Assembly (NCBI GenBank): GCA_011523005.1
Contig: WTHU01000053.1
Coordinates: 1 to 51,892, forward strand
From: Acidimicrobiales bacterium
GTDB taxonomy: Bacteria > Actinomycetota > Acidimicrobiia > Acidimicrobiales > UBA8592
Direction of reading: 5' to 3'
DNA: 51,892 bases
Part shown: piece by piece, positions 1 through 9,180 of the stretch
Numbering within the stretch: position 1 is the stretch's first letter
Layout of the letters: each line of letters opens with the position of its first letter
The notes under the pieces: generated by a model
Database searches by the model: none
What the model saw: only the letters and a program-made list of their open reading frames with translations
What the model was told of the DNA's origin: nothing
Program-made: the position numbers and the translations under genes

Positions 1-977
1 TCTGCTTCCTCTATTGGAAGGTGCGGTAACCAAACCGAAACTCCTTGACCTGATTCACCTGCAGATGCTACCCAATCTGGGGTATAACACTTTTGCCCGC
101 AACTGATGAAGCCGAAAGACTTTTCGGGGTTCACATCCTGCAAAGTATCCAAAAACCGTATTAGCTCTCTTCCGCTTGTAACCCAGACAAGGGAGTCGCT
201 TTCTGATTGGAGCAAGGCTTCGGCTTCAGACTGGAAATCGGTTTCAATTTCATATATTGGACTATGAGAAAACTTGAGTCCTTGAGCAGTGGCTGATTCT
301 AATAATCTCTCACCGGCGAGAACAATCGAAGGTAGTTCGGGAAGGAGAGTAGCTACACTCTCGATTGCCGCTGGGTTACTTTGTCCGAAATAGGATGCCC
401 ATCCCGCATTACTAGTAACTCCTGCAATTGGATTGGACTGATACGTTTGTCCAGAGTAGAGCCTTCGTAGTGAAAATGTCGTAGCTGGAAAATCAGGTAG
501 TAAGCACTCTGGAGACTGTAGTAAATTTAATCCATCGGAATCATTTACCGCGTGTGAGCCAACAAGAGCGAAGAAGTTCCCTTCGCAAACAGCATTGACT
601 GCCTCAACGTGGCGAAAGGTAGCGGAATCTATCCTTTCAACAATTACTTCTCTTCCCGCTAATTTAGTTGACCGGTTTAATGATTCAGCCCATGCTTCTA
701 CTGATTGCCAGACGCTTAAGCCCTCTGAATCGTTGAGATATTCATTTGGCCCATCTACAATGACTGCTATGCGAATGGATGTATCCGTTAATCCAGGTTC
801 CATTTCTTGAGTAGGTAGATTCATGTCATTACTCGTCACTGCCGGTGGTTGTGATTCAAGAGGTGATGGCTCGGGTGGGAGTTCTGCAAGTGGTATCACT
901 GGATCCGAGCATGATGTAAGCAATAGCAAAGGGAGTAATAAGAGCAGCGATCGTGGTAGGGCCCATTGAAGATTCAC
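1..977 (-). CDS. ABC-transporter substrate-binding lipoprotein, LivK/Peripla_BP_6-like (3' end beyond the window edge; missing from the ORF track)
   Basis: Manual translation from GTG at 977 is open to the window edge: MNLQWALPRSLLLLLPLLLLTSCSDP... It has a lipobox (LTSC), a Pro-rich linker, then PGLTDTSIRIAV and LNRSTKLAGREV, motifs typical of type I branched-chain amino acid binding proteins. Confidence 0.75.
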   Translation of the reverse strand, partial: MNLQWALPRSLLLLLPLLLLTSCSDPVIPLAELPPEPSPLESQPPAVTSNDMNLPTQEMEPGLTDTSIRIAVIVDGPNEYLNDSEGLSVWQSVEAWAESLNRSTKLAGREVIVERIDSATFRHVEAVNAVCEGNFFALVGSHAVNDSDGLNLLQSPECLLPDFPATTFSLRRLYSGQTYQSNPIAGVTSNAGWASYFGQSNPAAIESVATLLPELPSIVLAGERLLESATAQGLKFSHSPIYEIETDFQSEAEALLQSESDSLVWVTSGRELIRFLDTLQDVNPEKSFGFISCGQKCYTPDWVASAGESGQGVSVWLPHLPIEEA

Positions 978-1097
978 ACTCTAAGACTAATACCCTAATT
1001 GACAAGAACAATGTCGCTTCTAAATCTAGGAGAAGCATTACAAACGTTTTCAACCCTTAGGAACATTATTGTCGATTTGTTTCACTAGTGTTAGAGG

Positions 1098-2342
1098 GTG
1101 TCATTCCTCGGAAATAATGCGAAATTAACCGCTTTTCGTGCCTTTCAACATAGAGAATTCCGTAAGTTTTATGTAGGGTCTATTGCGGCGCAGATTGGGT
1201 TTTGGTTTTCGCACATTTCGTATCAGGCACTTATGTCTGATCTCACAAAGGATGAATTGTGGGTTTCAATGCTTTTCGTGGTGACTTTTCTTCCTGTTCT
1301 CTTTTTTGGTCCATTGGGCGGACTTCTTGCTGATCGCTTTGATCGCAAGAAGCTACTGCTTGGTTCTTATGCAGCGCTAATTGTTGTTTCAGGTATTCAG
1401 GTTTTCTTGGTTGCAGTTGACGCAATTTCGCCTGCTATCTTACTTTTGACTTCATTTCTCGTCGGGCTTGTTATGGCTGTTTTGAGTCCGGTTGTTCAGG
1501 CAGTAACTGCAAATACTGTTCCACCTGGAGACTTGGCAAGCGCTATTTCCTTGCAAGCTATGGCATCAAATGCCAGCAGGGTTCTAGGCCCTGCTCTTTG
1601 CGCTCCCTTAGTAAGTGGCAATTTATATGAGATTTCATGGTCTTTGTATAGTATTGGCCTTGCACTTGCGTTAATCGTAGCCTCTGGGATCACACTTCTT
1701 CCGTATGAACTGGAGAAGGAGCGAGTGCCTGTCAAACAAAGTTTGCTAGATGGAGTTAGTCATGCTCGAGAGCGAGGCGATGCTTGGCAGGCTTTATTAT
1801 TGGTGGGCTTTATAAGTGTTTTTGGAGTATCACATGTTGCACTATCGCCTTCTTTCACAGAGAATAGTTTAGGTAAACCGAGTAGTTATTTTGCTTGGTT
1901 GGGAGCGGCTACCGGGTTGGGTGCGCTCATTGGGGCTTTAGCTGCTGGAAGTTTTACTGCTTCATCAACTTTGAAACGTGGATCTGTGTTTGCGATACCT
2001 TATTGTTTGCTTTTGCTTGGTTTTTCACGTGTCACTAATTTTGAGCTAGCAATAATTCTTCAGGTCTTGGTGGGCTTTTTCTATATTGCTTCGTTCACGA
2101 CCCTTCAGGTCGTAATTCAAGAACTTGTGTCAGAGGAGTTCAGAGGTCGAGTTATGTCCCTGTTTAATATTGCTTGGGCAGGGCTGGTGCCTATTGGCAC
2201 CTTATTAATGGGTTTGCTTGCCAGCTCAACTGGTTTTGATCTGGGAGCATCAAACACGATCGCACTCACATCATTGGCATGTCTCTGCTATGTAGCGACA
2301 GTGGTAGTTAGAAATTTCAGACCTATTGTGGAAGATACTTGA
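1098..2342 (+). CDS. MFS transporter (MFS_3/DHA3-like)
   Basis: 414 aa with about 12 hydrophobic segments; motif A GLLADRFDRKK; C-terminal RGRVMS motif. Confidence 0.9.
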   Translation: MSFLGNNAKLTAFRAFQHREFRKFYVGSIAAQIGFWFSHISYQALMSDLTKDELWVSMLFVVTFLPVLFFGPLGGLLADRFDRKKLLLGSYAALIVVSGIQVFLVAVDAISPAILLLTSFLVGLVMAVLSPVVQAVTANTVPPGDLASAISLQAMASNASRVLGPALCAPLVSGNLYEISWSLYSIGLALALIVASGITLLPYELEKERVPVKQSLLDGVSHARERGDAWQALLLVGFISVFGVSHVALSPSFTENSLGKPSSYFAWLGAATGLGALIGALAAGSFTASSTLKRGSVFAIPYCLLLLGFSRVTNFELAIILQVLVGFFYIASFTTLQVVIQELVSEEFRGRVMSLFNIAWAGLVPIGTLLMGLLASSTGFDLGASNTIALTSLACLCYVATVVVRNFRPIVEDT

Positions 2343-2368
2343 CAGCCGAAACTACCAAGTATCTTCTT

Positions 2369-3676
2369 TTATACTGCTGCTGCAAATCCTTTATCAAGGT
2401 CAGCGATAATATCGTCGATGTGTTCAATACCAACTGACAATCGAATTAGGCCTGGATACACACCGGTATCTGCTTGCTCCTCTGGGGTGAGCTGACTATG
2501 AGTTGTTGAGGCTGGGTGAATAACCAGACTTCTTACATCTCCAATGTTCGCTACGTGACTGTGAAGCTCTAATCCTTCAACGAATTTTTTCCCTGACTCT
2601 AAGCCTCCCTTTATGTTGAAGGCAGGTATGGCGCCAAAGCCTTTGCCGCCTGTTAGTTCCTTAGCCCTTGCATGCCATGGACTGCTTTCTAGTCCGGCAT
2701 AAGCAACTGATTCAACTTGGTCATGATTTTCAAGGTACTCTGCTACAGCGAGTGCGTTGCTACAATGGCGTTCCATTCTTAGGCTTAATGTTTCCAACCC
2801 TTGCAGGAACATGAAGGCGTTAAAGGGTGTAGTTGATGCGCCTAAGTCACGGAGCATTTGCACACGGGCCTTGATGATATATGATCCGTGACCCAATGCT
2901 GGCCAATATGCAAGACCTCCATAGCTTGGGTCCGGTTCGGTCATGTTTGGGAATTTACCGCTTTCACCCCAATCAAAGCTTCCTCCGTCCACTAACACGC
3001 CTCCGATTGATGTTCCATGCCCACCAATATATTTTGTAGCTGAATGAACAACTATGTCGGCACCATGCTCAAGGGGCCTAACAAGATATGGTGTTGCCGC
3101 TGTATTATCTACCATCAACGGGACACCATTTTTATGAGCAACTTCGCTAACGCCTTTTACGTCTAACCAGTTATTTTTCGGGTTTGGGTTCATCTCTCCG
3201 TAAAAGAGCTTCGTGTTATCTCTTACAGCTGCTTGCCATTGTTCCAAATCATCGGGGTCTTCTACGAAGGTAACCTCAATACCTAATTTTGGTAGTGTGT
3301 AATGAAATAAGTTATAGGTTCCTCCATACAATGAGGCTCCAGAGACCATATGATCACCCGATTCAAGAATCGTCAGAATACCTAAGGTTTCTGCAGCTTG
3401 CCCCGACGCTAACGCTAATGCACCAGGTATGCCAACGGCCGTTTCTGTTCCTCCCTCGAGAGCTGAGACTCGTGCTTCAAAGACACCTTGTGTGGGGTTC
3501 ATTATACGGGTATAAATATTCCCCATTTCAGCCAGAGCAAACAAGTTCGCTGCATGATCAGTGTTGTTAAATGTAAAAGATGTAGTTTGATAAATCGGAA
3601 CAGCTCTTGAATTTGTAGCTGCATCCGGTTCTTGACCAGCGTGGATTTGCTGTGTTTCAAATTGCCAATTAGCCAT
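2369..3676 (-). CDS. metY: O-acetylhomoserine aminocarboxypropyltransferase (OAH/OAS sulfhydrylase)
   Basis: Motifs AVPIYQTTSF, YTRIMNPT, the PLP lysine in HSATKYIGGHG, NIGDVRSLVIHPASTTHSQL and RLSVGIE. Confidence 0.95.
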   Translation of the reverse strand: MANWQFETQQIHAGQEPDAATNSRAVPIYQTTSFTFNNTDHAANLFALAEMGNIYTRIMNPTQGVFEARVSALEGGTETAVGIPGALALASGQAAETLGILTILESGDHMVSGASLYGGTYNLFHYTLPKLGIEVTFVEDPDDLEQWQAAVRDNTKLFYGEMNPNPKNNWLDVKGVSEVAHKNGVPLMVDNTAATPYLVRPLEHGADIVVHSATKYIGGHGTSIGGVLVDGGSFDWGESGKFPNMTEPDPSYGGLAYWPALGHGSYIIKARVQMLRDLGASTTPFNAFMFLQGLETLSLRMERHCSNALAVAEYLENHDQVESVAYAGLESSPWHARAKELTGGKGFGAIPAFNIKGGLESGKKFVEGLELHSHVANIGDVRSLVIHPASTTHSQLTPEEQADTGVYPGLIRLSVGIEHIDDIIADLDKGFAAAV

Positions 3677-3743
3677 TGTTACCTTCCTAATATTTTTGGA
3701 AGAAACCCGTTTGCTTGACTGCTCGATGTGAATTTATCCGTAT

Positions 3744-3845
3744 GGACAATTACTTGTACTTTCGTACCACATCCCCATTTCTGGGAAGCACCTTGGGTGT
3801 CCGTCCTAGGTTGCCGGGCCCATTATTGGACCTCTCTTAATGTTC
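3744..3845 (-). ncRNA. SAM-I/IV variant riboswitch upstream of metY
   Basis: Minus strand reads ACAUUAAGAG-[P2]-GGCAACC-[P3, loop GGACGG]-GGUGC-[P4]-GAUGUG-GUACGAAAGUAC (P5)-...UUGUCC. It has the SAM-I core signatures, a P5 hairpin, and a 3' UUGUCC complementary to loop GGACGG (pseudoknot). The downstream gene is a Met biosynthesis gene. Confidence 0.88.
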
Positions 3846-3904
3846 CTTTGATTGAATCAGAATTTCAGAGATTATGCAACCTCTGAAGAGGTTTTTGGAA
3901 AATT

Positions 3905-4936
3905 TTATCCTTGCCCACCGCTTGTATCTTTAACGCTCTGCTTACCTGATGATATCCATGGCATCATTGCACGGAGTTCTTTACCAATTTTTTCGATCGC
4001 TAGATTTTGACCAGCGGCTTCGAGGTGAAGGAAATTCTTTCGTCCACCTTTTGATTCAGCAACCCACTCTTCAGCAAATTTACCTGACTGGATTTCATCT
4101 AAGATAGTTTGCATTGTCTCACGAACGTGGTCGTCAACAACTCGTGGCCCGCGGGTAAGGTCGCCATATTCAGCGGTGTCTGAAATGCTGTACCGCATTC
4201 CTGCTATGCCTTCTTCGTACATTAGGTCAACGATGAGTTTCAGTTCGTGTAGGCATTCAAAATACGCTATTTCTGGCTGGTATCCAGCTGACACGAGGGT
4301 ATCAAAGCCACTTCTAACTAATTCAGTGAGGCCTCCGCATAGAACTACTTGTTCTCCGAAAAGGTCAGTCTCGCACTCTTCCGTGAAGGTTGTTTCGATT
4401 ACACCTGCTCGAGCTCCGCCTATTGCATCTGCGTAAGCCAAAGCAAATTCTTTTGCGTTTCCTGAGGCATCATTTTCAACTGCGATAAGGCAAGGAACCC
4501 CGCCGCCTTCTAGATATGTTCTTCTTACGAGGTGCCCTGGCCCTTTGGGGGCAACCATAACGACATCCACGTCATCGGGTGGGGTAATCAGATCAAATCG
4601 GATGTTGAACCCGTGGCTGAACATCAACGTATCTCCAGAGTCCATGTTTGGGCCAATATGACTGTCATATATTGATGCTTGTTCAGTGTCGGGAAGGAGA
4701 ATCATTATTACATTCGCCCACTTTGATGCTTCATCAATACTCATTACGGTCAGGCCAGCTTCCTGGGCTTTAGCAACTGATCCCGATTCTGGGCGCAATC
4801 CTACAACTACCTCTACCCCTGATTCCTTTAGGTTTAGAGCATGAGCATGGCCTTGCGAACCATAGCCAAGTACGGCGACTCTTTTATTGTCGATTTGAGC
4901 TCTGTCCGCATCTGCTTCGTAATATATGTTTGCCAC
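3905..4936 (-). CDS. ilvC: ketol-acid reductoisomerase
   Basis: Motifs [30 protein letters not shown] and SISDTAEYG. Confidence 0.97.
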   Translation of the reverse strand: MANIYYEADADRAQIDNKRVAVLGYGSQGHAHALNLKESGVEVVVGLRPESGSVAKAQEAGLTVMSIDEASKWANVIMILLPDTEQASIYDSHIGPNMDSGDTLMFSHGFNIRFDLITPPDDVDVVMVAPKGPGHLVRRTYLEGGGVPCLIAVENDASGNAKEFALAYADAIGGARAGVIETTFTEECETDLFGEQVVLCGGLTELVRSGFDTLVSAGYQPEIAYFECLHELKLIVDLMYEEGIAGMRYSISDTAEYGDLTRGPRVVDDHVRETMQTILDEIQSGKFAEEWVAESKGGRKNFLHLEAAGQNLAIEKIGKELRAMMPWISSGKQSVKDTSGGQG

Positions 4937-4969
4937 TTTGTCTCCTTTAGTCGTTTACTTTTTATTTAC

Positions 4970-5458
4970 TTATTTAGCGATTGTTGCTAGGGCTACTATT
5001 CCTGTTCTTTGCACTTCAACTATTCCATATTTCTCAAGTACTGTTTCAAATTCATTGATCATTTCGGGTGGGCCGGAGAGTGACACCATAATTTTTTTAT
5101 CTCCGACACTTAAAACATTTGCGTCGAATGACTCTATCTCACGCATGATGTTATCTTCGCTGCCTTCTGTTAGATTCACAGTCACTAGGATTAATTCACG
5201 ACTAACAGAGTCACCAGGAGATAGTTCTTGGATTCTCACTACGTTGATTAATTTATCCAATTGTTTGACGACTTGTTCCATGGGGGCTGATTCTGCGTCG
5301 ACAACGATGGTGAGTCGGCTAAATAGTTCGTTATCAGTTGGAGCTACTGCTAATGATTGAATATTGAACCCTCTTCGAGCAAACAGACCGGAAACTCTTG
5401 CGAGGACTCCAGGCTTATTTTCAACACGGACGACAAGGGTGTGGAATTGTTCTGCCAT
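4970..5458 (-). CDS. ilvN: acetolactate synthase small subunit
   Basis: ACT domain ENKPGVLARVSGLFARRGFNI; lies between ilvB and ilvC. Confidence 0.95.
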   Translation of the reverse strand: MAEQFHTLVVRVENKPGVLARVSGLFARRGFNIQSLAVAPTDNELFSRLTIVVDAESAPMEQVVKQLDKLINVVRIQELSPGDSVSRELILVTVNLTEGSEDNIMREIESFDANVLSVGDKKIMVSLSGPPEMINEFETVLEKYGIVEVQRTGIVALATIAK

Positions 5459-5461
5459 TTA

Positions 5462-7195
5462 TTAATCGTTTCCTTGTGAGGGGTGGACAATCACATCCCT
5501 ATTTGACTTGCCTGCAGGAACCATTGGGTAAACGCTTTCGCTTGCTTCTGTTCGGAAGTCGATAACGACTGGTCGATCATTGATTTCGTTGGCTTGGTCA
5601 ATCGCAGGCTTTACCTCTTCGGGTGATTCAACTCGAATACCGACACATCCCATTGCTTCTGCGAGTTTCTTATAGTCAGGTAAATCAGGTTGGAGGTGAA
5701 CCTCGCTATAACGTTCGTCATAAAAAAGTTCTTGCCACTGACGGACCATTCCTAGATATCCATTATTTAGTACCGCTATTTTCACTGGAAAATTTTCAAG
5801 TCTTGCGGTTACTAGTTCCTGATTCGTCATTTGGAAGCAACCGTCACCGTCTATCGCCCAAACCATCCGGTCTGGTTTTCCTGCTTTTGCCCCTATTGCT
5901 GCAGGAACTGCAAATCCCATTGTTCCTAAACCTCCAGAGTTAATCCAGGTGTATGGATGATTGAATTTCCAGAATTGACTGGCCCACATTTGATGTTGCC
6001 CAACTCCTGAGGCGACGATTGTGTCATCGGGTGTGTTATCACGAAGTTGTTCAATGACATATTGGGGTTTGAGGCCTTCCCCTTGTTGCCACTCGTCATA
6101 TACCAATGGGAAACGTTCTTTCCATCCACTGATCTGTGACTTCCACGCTGATCTATCTGGGTGGTCTTGAGTTTCGGATAGTTCTTTTAATGCTTTGATA
6201 AGTTCTGTGATTGTTTGACCTACATCACCTTGTATTGAGACGTCAGCTGATCGAACTTTGTTGAACTCTGCTGGGTCTATGTCAGCATGGATTACTTTGG
6301 CATCTGGAGCAAATGCGTCGACTTTACCCGTGACTCTGTCATCAAATCTTGCTCCAAGCGTGATCAAAAGATCTGATTCTTGTATCGCCGTTACTGCAGT
6401 GTAGTTGCCGTGCATGCCGGGCATTCCTAATGCAAGAGGGTGGTCATCGGGAAAGCCTCCCCTATTCATTAAGGTGGTGACAACGTGAACGTCGAGCAAC
6501 TCTGCGAGTTCTCGTAACTGTTCAGCGGCACGCGCTTTTAGTATTCCCCCACCGCTGTAAATTATCGGCCGTGTTGATTGGAGAATTAATTTTGCTGCTT
6601 CTAATACCGAAGCATGGTCAGGTGCCTGAATAGGGCTGTATCCAGGAAGATCGTGACCTGAAGGTTCGTAGTCATCAAAATGTGATACTGGATTGTTAGC
6701 GTCCACGAGATCCTTCGGGATATCAACAAGCACAGGCCCTGGCCGTCCGGTAGTTGCTATATGGAAAGCATCGTGAATTACTTGAGGTATTTCTGAAGCC
6801 TCAGTCACCAAAAAGTTATGTTTAGTGACCGCCATCGTGATTCCAGTAGTATCGCATTCCTGAAAGGCATCTGATCCAATAGCGCCGCTAGCAACTTGTC
6901 CGGTGATACAAACCAACGGAACAGAGTCAAGCATCGCATCGGCTAAAGGAGTAACCATATTTGTTGCAGCAGGTCCACTTGTAACTATTGCAACGCCTGG
7001 CAAACCTGTCGCATGTGCATAACCTTCTGCCATGTGGCCAGCACCTTGTTCATGACGGACCAGTACGTGACGAATTGATGAATCAAGAAGTGGGTCATAT
7101 GCGGGTAGGATTGCGCCACCAGGCAGACCAAAAACTATTTCTACCCCTTGAGCTTCAAGGCTTTTCATTAAGGCTTTGCCGCCATTAGTTTTCAT
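5462..7195 (-). CDS. ilvB: acetolactate synthase large subunit
   Basis: Motifs FGLPGG, RHEQGA, TSGPAATN, GRPGPV, and the TPP motif GDGCFQM...NNGYLGMVRQWQ. Confidence 0.97.
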   Translation of the reverse strand: MKTNGGKALMKSLEAQGVEIVFGLPGGAILPAYDPLLDSSIRHVLVRHEQGAGHMAEGYAHATGLPGVAIVTSGPAATNMVTPLADAMLDSVPLVCITGQVASGAIGSDAFQECDTTGITMAVTKHNFLVTEASEIPQVIHDAFHIATTGRPGPVLVDIPKDLVDANNPVSHFDDYEPSGHDLPGYSPIQAPDHASVLEAAKLILQSTRPIIYSGGGILKARAAEQLRELAELLDVHVVTTLMNRGGFPDDHPLALGMPGMHGNYTAVTAIQESDLLITLGARFDDRVTGKVDAFAPDAKVIHADIDPAEFNKVRSADVSIQGDVGQTITELIKALKELSETQDHPDRSAWKSQISGWKERFPLVYDEWQQGEGLKPQYVIEQLRDNTPDDTIVASGVGQHQMWASQFWKFNHPYTWINSGGLGTMGFAVPAAIGAKAGKPDRMVWAIDGDGCFQMTNQELVTARLENFPVKIAVLNNGYLGMVRQWQELFYDERYSEVHLQPDLPDYKKLAEAMGCVGIRVESPEEVKPAIDQANEINDRPVVIDFRTEASESVYPMVPAGKSNRDVIVHPSQGND

Positions 7196-7209
7196 ACCGC
7201 TTCCTCAAA

Positions 7210-7279
7210 ACGATTGATTACTGACCCCTTTACGGTATCCATTTGTTTGTCAGTACACGCATGAAATCGTCATATTCTA
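7210..7279 (-). promoter_or_regulatory. candidate ilvB promoter (-10 TAGAAT) with a structured leader containing a 10-codon uORF
   Basis: TAGAAT at 7279-7274. Nested inverted repeats ACGATT/AATCGT (7210-15/7265-70) and TACTGAC/GTCAGTA (7219-25/7249-55). uORF MRVLTNKWIP at 7262-7230. Confidence 0.45.
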
Positions 7280-7353
7280 CAAAAGTAATAATTCCTTGAC
7301 TTTTATGTAGTTCGTTTGGTTTTCAGGGCATAGCCTCTCCATGAGGGAGCAAA

Positions 7354-8538
7354 ATGAAAGAAAAGGCTGACTTTAAGAGATTTTCAAAAGATTTACCATC
7401 AGGCTTATTCTTGATTACCTTTGGAAGGTTTATTTCAAATGTGGCTTATCGACTGGTTTTCCCTTTCTTGCCAACAATATCTCGAGGACTAGGGGTGACG
7501 ACTGGGACATTGGGAACGGCACTTGCAATGCGCGATCTTGTAGAAATGTCAAGCCCGCTTCTGGGGAAAGTAATAGATAAGCGTGGTACAAATCAAGCCA
7601 TGGTCGTAGGGGCTCTTGGACTTGGAATGGCTGCTGCGCTACAAGGAGCTAGTTCAGGGCTCATACTCTTTGTCTTCGCATTAGTATTGACAGCAATTTC
7701 TAAAAATTCATTTGATATTGGATCCAGTGCTTGGGCCGGTGCATCAGTTCCTTATGCTCACAGATCTCGAGCTATAGGGATGATAGAAACAACGTGGGCT
7801 CTATCCTTTGTCATTGGAATGCCAATAGCTTCCGTTCTCATACGAGCAGGGACGTGGCGAACACCATTCATCGTGATTTCGATTCTTTGTGTGATTGTCG
7901 GAATTATCTTTAACTACCGTCTCCCTGCTAACCCACCTATAAGTTCCCTTGAAAACGGATCTCGTCTTAGCCTCACCGCAAAGAAAGTGATTTGCGCAAT
8001 GATCGCCCTAGGGGCGGGCCACATGATGATGTTAGTAACCTTTGCTACCTTTCTTGAAGATGAGCATAATGTTTCGACTTCAGGCCTTGGTTTCGTAGCA
8101 GTGATCATTGGTTTGGCTGAGTTAGTTGGCTCGGGCGGAGTTGCACTCATCGGTGACAAAATTGGGAAAGTGGTTGTGGTGAAATACACACTTCTATTGT
8201 CATTACCGTTATCAATTATCCTTCCTCTAGGAAGTTCCTCTCTTTGGCTGGCTTTACTTCTTATCTCACTTTGGTTCATTTGTACAGAATCGGTAATCGT
8301 ATCTATGCTTTCAACCTGCACTGAACTGGATAAATCTGCTCGGGGTGCAATGATGGGTTTCGTTTATGCTGGCTGGGCATTGGGAAGATTATTCGGAGCG
8401 ATTTTTGGATCTAGAGTCTATGAGAGTTCAGGGATTGTGCCTGTAGCTTTTGTAATGACAGCTGTTTTGTCAATAGCGCTATTGGTTGTATTCCAAGCTT
8501 TTAAGGATCAAACTGCAACTGAAAAGGTTTCAGAATGA
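7354..8538 (+). CDS. MFS transporter (DHA1/YdhP-like)
   Basis: 394 aa, about 12 TM segments; motif A-like GKVIDKRGT and GDKIGK; GGGAG SD upstream. Confidence 0.88.
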   Translation: MKEKADFKRFSKDLPSGLFLITFGRFISNVAYRLVFPFLPTISRGLGVTTGTLGTALAMRDLVEMSSPLLGKVIDKRGTNQAMVVGALGLGMAAALQGASSGLILFVFALVLTAISKNSFDIGSSAWAGASVPYAHRSRAIGMIETTWALSFVIGMPIASVLIRAGTWRTPFIVISILCVIVGIIFNYRLPANPPISSLENGSRLSLTAKKVICAMIALGAGHMMMLVTFATFLEDEHNVSTSGLGFVAVIIGLAELVGSGGVALIGDKIGKVVVVKYTLLLSLPLSIILPLGSSSLWLALLLISLWFICTESVIVSMLSTCTELDKSARGAMMGFVYAGWALGRLFGAIFGSRVYESSGIVPVAFVMTAVLSIALLVVFQAFKDQTATEKVSE

Positions 8539-9062
8539 GAGCGGTGTACCCTGGTTCGTTCAATCCGCCAACAATAGGACACATTGCCATTGCAAATTCT
8601 GCTATTGATCGCTTTGGCATTAGTGAATTACATCTCGCTATTTCTACAGTTGCGTTAGGAAAGGAAGAACTGACTGTTCCTTCAGTTGCTGATCGGGTAG
8701 AAATTCTGAGGAGGTCATTAAATCAGATTCCTGAGGCTAGTGTGCTAGAGACTCGGAAACAACTTATTGCTGATATTGCCGAAGGATATGATCTGGTGAT
8801 TCTCGGTGCAGACAAATGGGCGCAGTTGCATGATTTGTCTTTCTATAAAGACAAAGAGCATATGGCGCAATGTTTGCGGCGTTTACCGAAATTAGCGGTC
8901 GCTCCGAGAAATGGTATTGCAGTCCCTCAGGAGATTCTTTTAACGGTCCCTGAAGAAATCAACTTTATATCTTCGTCTCAGGTTAGACGTGGGAAATTTG
9001 AGTGGATGACAAATGAGGCGTATGAAATCGGTAAAGATCGGGGATTTTGGGGTATTAGCTAG
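8535..9062 (+). CDS. HxGH-superfamily nucleotidyltransferase (NadD/CoaD-like)
   Basis: YPGSFNPPTIGH, ILGADK and ISSSQVR motifs; ATGA overlap with the upstream MFS gene. Confidence 0.75.
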   Translation: MRAVYPGSFNPPTIGHIAIANSAIDRFGISELHLAISTVALGKEELTVPSVADRVEILRRSLNQIPEASVLETRKQLIADIAEGYDLVILGADKWAQLHDLSFYKDKEHMAQCLRRLPKLAVAPRNGIAVPQEILLTVPEEINFISSSQVRRGKFEWMTNEAYEIGKDRGFWGIS

Positions 9063-9180
9063 GGTTGCGCCTTAATTTGCAGTGCAGTTACATAAACTCT
9101 TTTCAAAGTTTGATAATTTAAGCATGTAAAGTCTGGTAACCTGCCGTATCAGCAAAGGAAATAATGGACATGGGGGTCTG

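Noticed and set aside
856-1053. 65-aa minus-strand ORF
   Set aside because: Overlaps the lipoprotein start in another frame; the lipoprotein frame has a lipobox and a properly spaced -10 box.
3864-3887. TTCAGAG/CTCTGAA inverted repeat after ilvC as a terminator
   Set aside because: Only a 7-bp stem with a 10-nt loop and no U-tract, and it overlaps a possible metY promoter; too weak to call.
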